DNA of 63,722 nt, counting the filler, from Globobulimina sp. (lineage: Eukaryota): the NCBI GenBank assembly GCA_003354225.1. It is 47 parts of 47 records of this genome, joined end to end, with 100 filler letters (N's around TTAATTAATTAA, not from the genome) between each part and the next. Parts side by side here need not be neighbours in the genome. Positions count along the whole stretch, not along the records: positions 38,035 to 39,292 come from PIVH01019965.1; positions 39,393 to 40,650 come from PIVH01019966.1; positions 40,751 to 42,008 come from PIVH01019967.1; positions 42,109 to 43,366 come from PIVH01019968.1; positions 43,467 to 44,724 come from PIVH01019969.1; positions 44,825 to 46,082 come from PIVH01019970.1; positions 46,183 to 47,440 come from PIVH01019971.1; positions 47,541 to 48,797 come from PIVH01019972.1; 39 more parts are not named here. One strand, given 5' to 3'. This document shows, piece by piece, positions 38,567 through 49,393 of the stretch. The translations under genes were made by a program, and so were the position numbers. The notes beneath the pieces were generated by a model. The model did not search any database and was not told the DNA's origin. It saw only the letters and a list, made by a program, of their open reading frames with translations. How positions within the stretch are numbered: position 1 is the first letter of the stretch; every line of letters begins with the position of its first letter.

Positions 38567-40260
38567 CTTAATTGTATATTATTATTATTGTTCTTTTATA
38601 TTTTTGTTTTTGTGATTACTGTTTTTCGTTGATTCATTAATATTGTTTTGTTAATTAATATTAAGCCTTTTTTTTGTGCTTTTGAATATATGGCACAAAC
38701 CAATTGCTGCTTTAATATTATGAATGGTAAAAAGGAACATCATGATGTACAGCTCCAAAATATGATGGAATTTTGCTTCTTTGTTTCGACTTCCAAGGCT
38801 TGACGAATTCGAAAAATAATTAAGCAAAAATATTCGTCGCAGTTGTACAAAAATATAAAAATGAAGAAGTGGATATTAATAGGAAGATCTCACCATTATT
38901 GTTACTTGTTATAATGTGTAGGAAAAATGTAACCGATGGACATTGTGGACATTGATTCATTGAATGTATATTATAATCATGCTTTTCTTTTATAATTATT
39001 TCTAATGAATTTAATTAATTATTGTTTGTGTTATATATCTTCGAAACTTAAGAAATCGTTTTTTTTGTATTATACATATTCAAACTGCAGTTACTGCACA
39101 ATATAAAATAGGAAAAGCACCGTCAGTTAGATCTGTTTTATTTGGTGAGTTTGACGCATTTGAGAAAGTTATGGTCACTCCGTGAGCCTACACAAGTTAA
39201 TTAGTCACTATGTGACTATTTGTGACTATTTAGTGACAAAAACGAAAATGAGCAACTATTTAGTAATTATTTCAATACAAAAAACGGAAAATNNNNNNNN
39301 NNNNNNNNNNNNNNNNNNNNNNNNNNNNNNNNNNNNTTAATTAATTAANNNNNNNNNNNNNNNNNNNNNNNNNNNNNNNNNNNNNNNNNNNNGATAGAAA
39401 GGAACATGATAGAGTGGCTAAGCAGAGTTGTGAAGAAGCAATGCAGTCAAGAAATGAGCTTAATGATGAATGTCTTATATCGTAACCAATATAATTTGTT
39501 TTTTAACCTTAATTTTTCTAAATTGGTGTTAACTGGTTTTTGTTAATTATCTTGTACATATCCCATGAATGAATTTGAAAATTACAGGTGTCATAAATGA
39601 GACGTTTCCTGCTTTGAAATTCAAATGTTTTTTTTTTTTTTGGTTTGCAGTTTGGATAGTTTCTGCAGCACATGACAACGAGTTAATGACAACGTCCATA
39701 AACCTGATTCAACTCAATCGGAGTTAATCGATCCACGTGCAATCGATCACCACATTTTGGGCAAATCTATGTCGCGCAAATTCAGCAACAAACTCCAAAA
39801 CTTGTCTTGTTTGATTTTGTTGAAATATAATTTCTTCTCCTTTTCTCGCTGCAATATGGTCGATTTGAATGAGGCGTAAGTGTCCAAATAAGGGATGCGG
39901 ACAAAACGGTATTTCTTCCGAAACAATCTGGGACAGTCTCGCCGTAATAACATTCGCCAAATGCGAGACTCGTCCATGAACTTAAAATAATGCAATTTCT
40001 TGCAAGTCCAAATAACAAAAGATATTCTCGTAAATTGCTGCAGCGTTCAAATAGAAAATGTTGTGTTTTTGCGCAAAATAATGTCATTCAAATAGCAGCA
40101 AAAAAAGGAAGCAGTGTGCGACGAACAAGTGGACCGTTTCGAGTCTTGTTCCACTTTGAAACATTTGCCGCCTGTTACCGCGTCGTATCTCTTTCTGCTT
40201 TTATTGCATTCATAGATATTATCCAGATTCGGCTGCAGCTGTTTGTTATTGATCAGATTC

Positions 40261-40650
40261 ATGTCGTCGAAGGTTTTTTTCAATTTTCCAATACTATCAT
40301 TAGTGGTAAACACCTGTTGGAGTGTAACCTATTTAGAGTCGCAAGTATCGGGCAAATCAACTTATTATGGTGGCAATCCAAGTGGCGGAGCATGTGGTTA
40401 TGCAACAGTGGAAACAGCAACATTCCCATTTGGTTATTATTCAGCATGTGGTGGCAGTGTATTTGATGATGGTTATGGCTGTGGTAAATGTTATGAAATA
40501 ACCTGCATCGGGCCATACGATCCAAACCCATCATGCCATTGTTCCTCCAGCACACCATCAGTAATAATCTCTTGCATGGATCTCTGTCCTGAATGTGGCA
40601 GTTCCCATTTTGATTTGGACGCAGCTGCTTTTGCAAGGATTGTCGGTGCG
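40261..40650 (+). CDS. Expansin-like protein (DPBB domain), N-terminal part
   Basis: Signal-like N-terminus; TYYG...GGACGY...GYGCGKCYEITC...MDLCPEC...HFDL...AF. Confidence 0.88.
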
Positions 40651-40843
40651 NNNNNNNNNNNNNNNNNNNNNNNNNNNNNNNNNNNNNNNNNNNNTTAATT
40701 AATTAANNNNNNNNNNNNNNNNNNNNNNNNNNNNNNNNNNNNNNNNNNNNCGTAGATACTTTTATACGAAATTCCCTCGTAAAAATCATATTTAGGATTG
40801 CCAATCTAAAAGACAAGTGTAGACATTGGAGACATGAAATGTA

Positions 40844-40908
40844 ACGGTCTCGAAAATCACTTAGTTGAGTATAGTCAATTGGATGTAGGTTCGAATCCTA
40901 CGGTGAGA
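40844..40908 (+). pseudogene. Partial tRNA-Ser(CGA)-like sequence (anticodon loop, long variable arm, T arm; no acceptor pairing)
   Basis: CT CGA AA loop; variable hairpin TAGTTGA/TCAATTG; T arm GTAGG TTCGAAT CCTAC. Confidence 0.5.
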
Positions 40909-41006
40909 GGAATGGAATGGAACGAAACGCAAACGGGTGAAATCCCCAGAACTAATTATTTGAGCACATAAATGGGCGAAATCCCCAGAACTAATTATTT
41001 GAACAA

Positions 41007-41352
41007 ATGAGAGAATAAATGCCGTCATATATTAAGGCGGCGATATTGAGAGAGTAAATGCCGTCATGTATTAAGGCGGCGATAATGAGAAAGAATCCCG
41101 TCATATATTAAGGCGGTGTGAATTGGATGCAATGCCGTCACGTATTAAGGCGGCGAGAATGAGAAAGGAAGCCGTCATATATTAAGGCGGTGAGAATGAG
41201 AGAAGGAATGCCGTCATATATTAAGACGGCGATAATGAGAAAGAATCCGCCATATATTAAGGCGGTGAGATTAAGAGAAGGAATCCCGTCACGTATTAAG
41301 GCGGTGAGAATGAGAGAATAAATGCGGTCATATATTAAGGCGGCGAGAATGA
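41007..41352 (+). repeat. Nine 36-39-bp tandem units, each with hairpin (G)CCGTC-ATATATTAA-GGCGG(C)
   Basis: Cores start near 41021, 41060, 41097, 41134, 41171, 41210, 41246, 41285 and 41324; the array is bracketed by GGGYGAAATCCCMAGAACTAATTATT at 40935, 40974 and 41380. Confidence 0.95.
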
Positions 41353-41489
41353 AAAGCAACTCATTATTTGAATATCAATGGGCGAAATCCCAAGAACTAA
41401 TTATTATGAGACGGCATACGAAGCGCCGTAGAGAAAAACCAAGCGTCGCCAGAGCACCGTGGACAGCGGCCGCGTACAAATCTATTCTT

Positions 41490-41552
41490 GTGATGATAGC
41501 TCAAAGAGAGCATCTTATTGAAGAATATTTGGGTTCAAATCCCAATCATCAC
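41490..41552 (+). ncRNA. Miniature tRNA-like RNA, copy 2 (63 nt, truncated anticodon arm)
   Basis: GTGATGA TA GCTC AAAGA GAGC A TCTT ATTG AAGA ATAT TTGGG TTCAAAT CCCAA TCATCAC followed by ATTTTT. Confidence 0.75.
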
Positions 41553-42108
41553 ATTTTTAAAACAAAAGAAAAAAACAGATATCAAGGGAAAAAATTTCGG
41601 CGTCATACAATTGATTGTTATTTTTTAATGATCCCGAAATTGTTTCACCCATTCTATAGACCCGACCGCCGATGACATCATTCCCCCATTGATGATCCCC
41701 TTAATCGCCAATATAACCCTTGAAATTTCATTCTAATTTCTTTTGTTTTTCAGTTATTTAAATCAAAACTTCAGTTCAAAGTATCTCTAGAGCTACATGA
41801 TGGACTGATTACGTGTCACTTAAATTCAGATTACCTATCACTCAGACCATAGAAAGAGTAAACATGTGATTGATTTTGCAATCTTTGAAAGTACACAAGA
41901 ATGTAATATATGAATTACAAAAGAATTAAAATTGTATTCGAATTCAAAATGTAATAAGAATATAAAATATAAATATAATTATAAAGAAATAATAACTGAT
42001 TTTCATTANNNNNNNNNNNNNNNNNNNNNNNNNNNNNNNNNNNNNNNNNNNNTTAATTAATTAANNNNNNNNNNNNNNNNNNNNNNNNNNNNNNNNNNNN
42101 NNNNNNNN

Positions 42109-43366
42109 ACAACGCATGGCGCAAAATGTGGGCGTACTGAGTGCGGTGCAGGAAGATAGTGAGGACACTACGTTTACTGCGGAGAAGGGCAATGTTGGTG
42201 GTGTTGGGGTGCCAGCGCCGCCACAGATGCCTGGACCGCCTGCGTCGCCGCCACCGCCCAATGCCAAGGACATACCGGGGTTGGTTCGTGATGGTAAGGA
42301 GGATGTGGGTGCGGCTGGTTTGAGTATGCCGGGACCGCCGATTGCGGTGCAACCGCCGCCAGTGGCTGGGATGACGAAACATAAAAAGATACAGATTAAG
42401 TTTGCTGGGATGGAGGAGGAGGTTGTGGAGGTGGAGAAGGATGATGTGGGTGGAGATGGTGGTGGTGCGTCTTTGGTATGTTTTTTTTTGATAAAAATGT
42501 GTTTTTGGGTATAAATTGTATGTGTTTTTGTGGTAGGGAATTGAGAAAGATTTTATTGGAACGGCACGTGAGCCCAAAGTAGCAAACGATTCTAAGGAAT
42601 ATATGAGTGAAGAGAAGGAGAAGTATGAGGAAGAAGAGGAGGAGGATGTTCTCGGTGAGGCATTTTTGGTATGTTTTGTTTTGTTGCGTATATAGAGATT
42701 GTAGTGTTAATTTATGTGAATTTGTGTGATAGGGCATTGAGAGAGATTTTGTTGGGACAGGGCGTGCGCCCAAAGTACCAAATGATTCTAAGGAAGAAGA
42801 TGAATTGGAGGTGAATTCGTTTGGTATTAGTATTCCGACCAGTATCTATAGTCCAAATGCACAACCAAAGCAGAAACAACACGGACAAATCCAACAACAA
42901 ATGTTGCCACAAACGCAAGTTAATATCGTACATGTCCCAGAATCCCAACCTGAACCTGAACCAGAACCAGAACCTGAACCTGAACCTGAACCTGTGATGG
43001 TAGCGGTTCCTGAACCTGAGCCAGAACCAGAACCAGAACGGTTACCACAACCAAAACCTGAACCTGAGCCCGAGCCAGAACCTGAACCTGAGCCAGAAGT
43101 AAAGCCAGAGCCAGAGGCAATAATTTCAAAAAAGATAGAAGATGCAGCACAAGGCACACATGCCAATGTAGCACAGACACACACACAACAGCCACATGTA
43201 AATAATAATAATATGAATAATCATAATCAAATGAATAGAGGTGGTCATGGTCAACATAATAATCAAAATAATATGAATGTAAATAATCCAAATCCAAATC
43301 AAAGGAGATCGTATATGGGCCCAAATAGAAACAACATGCGACCACAAAATAACAAACAATTACAAA
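42109..43366 (+). CDS. Low-complexity Pro-rich/PE-repeat protein (partial), introns 42476-42536 and 42669-42732
   Basis: GTATGT...TAG introns splice in frame; (PE)n repeats and an Asn/Gln-rich tail. Confidence 0.7.
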
Positions 43367-43571
43367 NNNNNNNNNNNNNNNNNNNNNNNNNNNNNNNNNN
43401 NNNNNNNNNNTTAATTAATTAANNNNNNNNNNNNNNNNNNNNNNNNNNNNNNNNNNNNNNNNNNNNCCTGATCTTCCTTGCATTATTGTCAGTGTTCCCC
43501 TATCATACCGAAAAATTTTACTTAGCCATCGGTTATACTTTTTGCGAGATCATCAATATTAAGAAAAAAAT

Positions 43572-44495
43572 ATGGAAATCACACATCTCATTTATGTTGC
43601 AATAGCCCTTGTATTACTCTGGAAAGGCGCGGACCTGCTGGTGGACAGTGCGGCTAAAATTGCCTATACGCTAGGGATTTCACAACTTGTCATCGGCCTT
43701 ACCGTTGTGGCGCTGGGCACATCAGCTCCGGAATTTGTTGTCACTGTGAATGCTGCGTTAAGAGGCCAGCCGAACATATCTGTATCCAATATTATCGGCT
43801 CGAATATTTTCAACCTGGGCTTTATCCTGGGCGGTGTGGCCATTGTCAAGACGATTAAGACCGACAGGAAACTGGTCTGGCGTGACGGCATGGTGCTGAT
43901 TGCAGCCACATTAACAATTTTAATATTTTTGTGGGACCTGAAACTTACACGTTATGAAGGAATATTCCTTTTCGGCGGGTTGCTCTGCTATATCCTGTTA
44001 CTTTTTTTCCAAAGAGAACCTCTTGAATCTGAAGTTGAACTCACAACTGCAAAGCTCAAAGATTATGGCCTGCTTTTAGCCAGCATGGTCATGGTGGTTC
44101 TGGGCGGGCATTTTCTTGTGGAAGGGGCTGTGGGCATCGCCAAAGCGTTGGGTATTTCCGACTGGGTCATCGGGGTCACCATTGTCGCCGCCGGTACATC
44201 CGCACCGGAATTTGTCACATCCCTTATGGCTGCAATAAAAGGGCATCACGGTATTTCCGCCGGCAACCTTATAGGAAGCGATCTTTTCAACCTGCTGGGC
44301 GTTCTGGGACTGGCCGGCATCATTCGGCCCATGACCATAACCCCTCACGCCCATTCCAGCATCATTATGCTGGTCGGCATGGTTATCATCGTGGTTATTT
44401 TGTTACGTTCCGGATGGCGGCTGTCCCGTGGGGAAGGCTGTTTTCTGGTTGGTGCCAATCTTTTAAGATGGGTAATGGATTATACGTTGAGATAA
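43572..44495 (+). CDS. yrbG: Bacterial Ca2+/Na+ antiporter (CaCA family, YrbG-like)
   Basis: Two alpha repeats, GLTVVALGTSAPE...IIGSNIFN and GVTIVAAGTSAPE...LIGSDLFN; complete 307-aa ORF. Confidence 0.95.
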   Translation: MEITHLIYVAIALVLLWKGADLLVDSAAKIAYTLGISQLVIGLTVVALGTSAPEFVVTVNAALRGQPNISVSNIIGSNIFNLGFILGGVAIVKTIKTDRKLVWRDGMVLIAATLTILIFLWDLKLTRYEGIFLFGGLLCYILLLFFQREPLESEVELTTAKLKDYGLLLASMVMVVLGGHFLVEGAVGIAKALGISDWVIGVTIVAAGTSAPEFVTSLMAAIKGHHGISAGNLIGSDLFNLLGVLGLAGIIRPMTITPHAHSSIIMLVGMVIIVVILLRSGWRLSRGEGCFLVGANLLRWVMDYTLR

Positions 44496-44570
44496 TTATT
44501 GTGTCTATTCAGGGGGTATGTTCGTCTTTCAAATCCTTTATTATTTATAATTCCACAAACACATTGTAAT

Positions 44571-44677
44571 AATTGAGGAATTGCAAATTCAGGAATTTAG
44601 GAATTGATTGTATTATATCTTTTTAAAATGGAAGAATCATTTAATCCCTGAATTCCTAAATTACATAATTCCTAAAT
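44571..44677. repeat. Intergenic inverted repeat built from GAATTTAG-like short units
   Basis: ...ATTCAGGAATTTAGGAATT... opposed by CCTGAATTCCTAAATT...AATTCCTAAAT. Confidence 0.7.
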
Positions 44678-45011
44678 CTTTTATATTTTATTATCACCTT
44701 ACAATACGAAACGACAACTTTTTGNNNNNNNNNNNNNNNNNNNNNNNNNNNNNNNNNNNNNNNNNNNNTTAATTAATTAANNNNNNNNNNNNNNNNNNNN
44801 NNNNNNNNNNNNNNNNNNNNNNNNCGCCATATATCCCATAAACCACGGAAAAAGCCATTCCTGCCAACAAGTTGGCCTCATTTCCCATGATAAATAACTC
44901 ATATAAATTATTCACATTCAGTGAGATTCAAATCGAGAAAGGGTCCGTAATAAATATATTTGGTGAAATAAAATCAAACAACATACATATTATTAATATG
45001 ATTTCAAACAA

Positions 45012-46082
45012 TTGTTTAAACAAAATGATTTTCTTGGCATAGATGGCAATATTATCAATGCCACAAATGTAGATCACGGAGTATTTAATATTGAACATTT
45101 ACATATATCAACGTCCAAAATGTTAACATCAGGCGAATCTAATAAATATCTAATAAATTCACATAACTCTGAAATGAACATCTCAAATATTACAATTAAG
45201 TATTTTATTATAGAGAAACTCGTTGATAATTGTTGGAGTTTTTGGGATGTGTATGGTAAATGTATGTATATGGATGGAGCGCTGTTTGATCTTAATAATT
45301 TGCCAAATTTCACTGTTAAAAGCCTGCAATTTATGAATACTGACATGCTTAATTTCACACAAGTGCTTGAATATGCGTGCAATATACCAATACCATTTAT
45401 AAACAGTGCATCAAGTGTGCTAAGTTTAAATTCAATCATTGTAACAAATGATGTTACTCAAACAACATTGAACAGTGTCAAAAAACAATTGACACAACGC
45501 ATACCATTGAATTGCGTTAGTGATATCATTAATGTCTCAACATCGATCAGGTATTATCAAGGAGGAAGCATAAAGTATGAGGCGGGATTTATAACCATTG
45601 ACGGTGGCGATTTATCATTGGATAACTTACAATTGCATGGCGTTGGAATAAATAGTCTAATAATATTGCAAAGAGGTGAGAGTTATGTTAAATTATCCAA
45701 AATCAAATCATTTTATGCTGAAAACGATTGCAATAATATGTGTAACTTTGATCCATATGCGCTTAACGTGAATATGTTTGTTTTAAACGGTGGTGGGACG
45801 TTGATAATTAGTAATAGTTATTTGTATGGTGCAAAAGGTATTATTTTACAACTTGACGCAGGCAATAATTACATTTTAAACTGTTCTTTGCTATATGCGT
45901 TTGCTGCAATTTATTCAACACATAATACACAATTAATAAAAATGATGGATTCTGCGTTTATTAATGTCGGTAGATATTACGTAGCCACATTAGCTGCCTA
46001 TGAAGTATTACAATTCATTTCCGCAGACTCTATCACGTCTCGGCAACTTCCATTATTATTTGCTGCCAAAAATGTATGGATG
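45012..46082 (+). CDS. Large hypothetical protein fragment, right-handed beta-helix-like
   Basis: Asn/Ile-rich repeated beta segments (GTLIISNSYL, ILNCSL, MMDSAFINVG). Confidence 0.5.
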
Positions 46083-46363
46083 NNNNNNNNNNNNNNNNNN
46101 NNNNNNNNNNNNNNNNNNNNNNNNNNTTAATTAATTAANNNNNNNNNNNNNNNNNNNNNNNNNNNNNNNNNNNNNNNNNNNNTAGATGGTCAGTAGTTTG
46201 GACTAAACAAGAGGACTAACTCGAAATTAATGTTGAAATAAAAACACTGTCAGAAGTAGAGAAACCGCGTAATTGTCCGTTTTTTAGAATACTGAATACT
46301 GCAAAGAAACGAACACAACAAAAGGCCTAAATGAGTCATACACAGACTTATTATTGAAAATGG

Positions 46364-47077
46364 TTATTGTTGGTTTTCATATTTGTCTGAATGAATCAAT
46401 ATAAAGCATATAATACAAGTTTCATCAAATATATTTTTCCACGCATGATTGGTAGCTCTTTGCACCACAAAATCGCCGGCTTTGATAAGCGTTTCTGAGT
46501 TATCTAAAACCATTACAATTTTACCATATAGACATATGGCATAGTCAATGGACTGCGTACGGTGCATAAATGGATGTTTTTTATTGGATTTATCATATAC
46601 ATTGCCATTGCCATCATTGTTGACTCCAAAATCTTTCCACGCTTTGTCAATAATATCAATTGCTGTATCATTGTATAACTGTTTATATTCTGCCGTTTCT
46701 GGCTTAAATTCGACAATGCGGAAATTTGAACCATTTTCATTTGGCTCCAATGGTATTTGGTTTAATTTATCACATAAATCTTCCAAATCTGCATCATTAG
46801 CTTTGTTTGCTTCATTGTGATTTAAACATCTTCAGATATTATACACATTGATATTCACTTTTTCCATTGATACTTGATTTGGAACTGAGTCACTAACAAC
46901 AACCATTGATTGGCCATGTTTATCATGTCCGGTCACAAAGCGTCTGTAATTTGTTGATTTATATTTGATGCTCTTTTTTGTCACCAAATAGCCAATGATA
47001 AATCCAATACCAACACCGATTCCGAGAGTGGACAATTTAGAGAGGTTATTTGCACCGTTGGAATTTGTTGTCATCAT
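46364..47077 (-). CDS. Cupin-domain protein with N-terminal TM, interrupted by one in-frame TGA at 46832-46834
   Basis: RRFVTGHDKHGQS before the TGA; GSNFRIVEF.P, MHRTQSIDYAI, AGDFVVQRATNHAWKN after it, in the same frame. Confidence 0.85.
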
Positions 47078-47617
47078 AGTTTTATGATCGGATACGTTTG
47101 GAAGTGAAAAACTTGTTTTAAATCTAAAAAACCACTGATTTTTGTCTACTGGCTGGAATCATTCTGACTCTCTAATCTGACATTGCAGCTGAATTAATGG
47201 TGAATTATGAATTGTTGTATGATAACTCTGCGCTGCCAATTCTTTTTTTAGATTCAACTGTAACTAATATTAAACAAAATGGCTCAGCCTGATCATGATA
47301 ATTCTCTCAATAAATTGGCTAAAAACGTTGGTTTGGATATTGTTGATGTTTCTTGTTCTGAAGGTATGTACAATACGTATTCATCTCCGGTTTCATAAAA
47401 TCATCCATGAAAATAATATACTAAATAAATTAAATAGACTNNNNNNNNNNNNNNNNNNNNNNNNNNNNNNNNNNNNNNNNNNNNTTAATTAATTAANNNN
47501 NNNNNNNNNNNNNNNNNNNNNNNNNNNNNNNNNNNNNNNNAAAGTACTATTTTGGTGATCGGATTTCGATTTATTATTACTTAATATTGAATAATACAAA
47601 TAATTTATTACAAACGT

Positions 47618-48797
47618 TTAATTTGTTACTTTATTTGGTGTAGGCAATGATTTGCATTGTTTGTAATATTGTTCCATTTTAGTATCATATATCGGTAATT
47701 TTATATATTGATAATATTTTGTATTATGAAACGAATTTCTAACTTTCTTTTTAAATTTCGATAATTTAATATTTTGATTATTTGTCATTACTTCCTTACA
47801 ATGGGCATGAAATCCATGTAATAACGGTCTTTGGTCGCCATATAATGCAAACCGAACATGATTTAATAATTGATCTCTATTTGCAAATGTTTTTCCACAT
47901 CGTTTCCATGCACACCGTAAAGGTGGAAGATCACCATTTGTATCGATATCATCGGGCAACAATGGATTTGTATGAATTTCTTGTAATTTTTGCATATTTT
48001 GCCTTTCAATATATATTTTATACTCAGATCTCATATTTTTAATTACAAATTTTGAATAAATATATTTTAAAACACTTTGAGGATCGTTTATTATTTGTTT
48101 TTTAATGTCATCACCAAACCATTCAACATTACCGCGGTATAATTTATTTTTGTGAAATAAAATCGAAACACAACATATTGCTCGCAATACATTTACATTT
48201 ATTTCCCATTTAATTCGTTTAAATAATAAATTTAAATCATTTGTTATTTTATTAATATCATTATATTTATGATTTTCTTTTGTAAATTCTTCACCAAACT
48301 TCTCAATATTTATCTTTTCATCATTCTCATTATAATTCATATTTGATAACGTATTAAAAAATGAATGTCCTTTTATTAAATCACGAACATCAATTCTTGA
48401 TAATATATCAATCATTAATTTCATTGTGGACCCTTTAATTTTATCCACATTCCAGTCTTGAATTATTTTGTCATCACTTTTCATATTAAAATCAATTGCT
48501 GGTTTTAATGCATTGCTAATTTCAAATAATTTCTTTTTTTTTAATAATTTTCTAGTATACACATTGGCTTTAAATTGCATTCCATCACTAACCTTACCAT
48601 CCTCCTCCTTCATGTCATCATTGCCGTCACCACAGATTAATATTTGTAACAATTTCCGATGATTCTCATCGACTTTAATTTGATTCACATCCTCCATTTG
48701 GTTTGGAGCTTGTAAATGGAACATAATCCGCAATCGATGCATAATAGCGCTCAAATAAAATTCCTGATCAAATTCAATATCTAAATTCATCAATTTA
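47618..48797 (-). CDS. Hypothetical protein, C-terminal part with C2H2-like finger
   Basis: 391-aa ORF; CAWKRCGKTF....L..H. Confidence 0.6.
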
Positions 48798-48897
48798 NNN
48801 NNNNNNNNNNNNNNNNNNNNNNNNNNNNNNNNNNNNNNNNNTTAATTAATTAANNNNNNNNNNNNNNNNNNNNNNNNNNNNNNNNNNNNNNNNNNNN

Positions 48898-49200
48898 ATG
48901 ATGAGTGCGTGTTGTATGGGTTCGGCCGGGCACAATGTGAGTGATCTATGATGAATGCGTGTTGTATGGGTTTGGCCAGGCACAATGTGAGTGATCTATG
49001 ATGAGTGCGTGTTGTATGGGTTCGGCCGGGCACAATGTGAGTGATCTATGATGAGTGCGTGTTGTATGGGTTTGGCCGGGCACAATGTGAGTGATCTATG
49101 ATGAATGCGTGTTGTATGGGTTTGGCCGGGCACAATGTGAGAGATCTATGATGAGTGCATGATGGGAAGGCCAGGGACAGTGTGAGAGATCTATGATGAA
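48898..49200 (+). repeat. 50-bp satellite, about 5 conserved copies plus a diverged copy
   Basis: ATGATGARTGCGTGTTGTATGGGTTYGGCCRGGCACAATGTGAGTGATCT at 50-bp period. Confidence 0.95.
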
Positions 49201-49327
49201 TGTGTTTGGATAAAGTACCTCGGGGTCGTTGGCTGCTTCATTACCGATCTGTATATAATATAAACAAGGCAGTACACAAGAAAAAAACAAAAAAAAACAA
49301 GCAAGTGATACAAACAGTGACACTTTG

Positions 49328-49393
49328 ATACATCCGTTTCATTACAACGCTGCCTTCACATATTATATCAGTGTTGTAATGAAACGGATGTAT
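49328..49393. repeat. Long hairpin with a perfect 21-bp stem
   Basis: ATACATCCGTTTCATTACAAC / GTTGTAATGAAACGGATGTAT, extendable inward by GCTG/CAGT. Confidence 0.9.

Noticed and set aside
39747-40313. Second case of in-frame TGA readthrough (ORFs 40047-40313 and 39747-39995 are in frame)
   Set aside because: No recognisable homology to show which frame is real; several overlapping frames are equally plausible.
41007-41352. CRISPR array
   Set aside because: The segments between hairpins are only ~15-19 nt and similar to each other, not unique spacers; no cas genes.
42846-43359. Antisense ORFs with GS/VQ repeats (also those opposite acidic tracts at 19086-19505 and 58524-58754)
   Set aside because: Shadows of low-complexity coding sequence on the opposite strand.
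48898-49200. CRISPR array or coding repeat
   Set aside because: Contiguous 50-bp units without spacers; the period is not a multiple of three, so the ORFs here are incidental.
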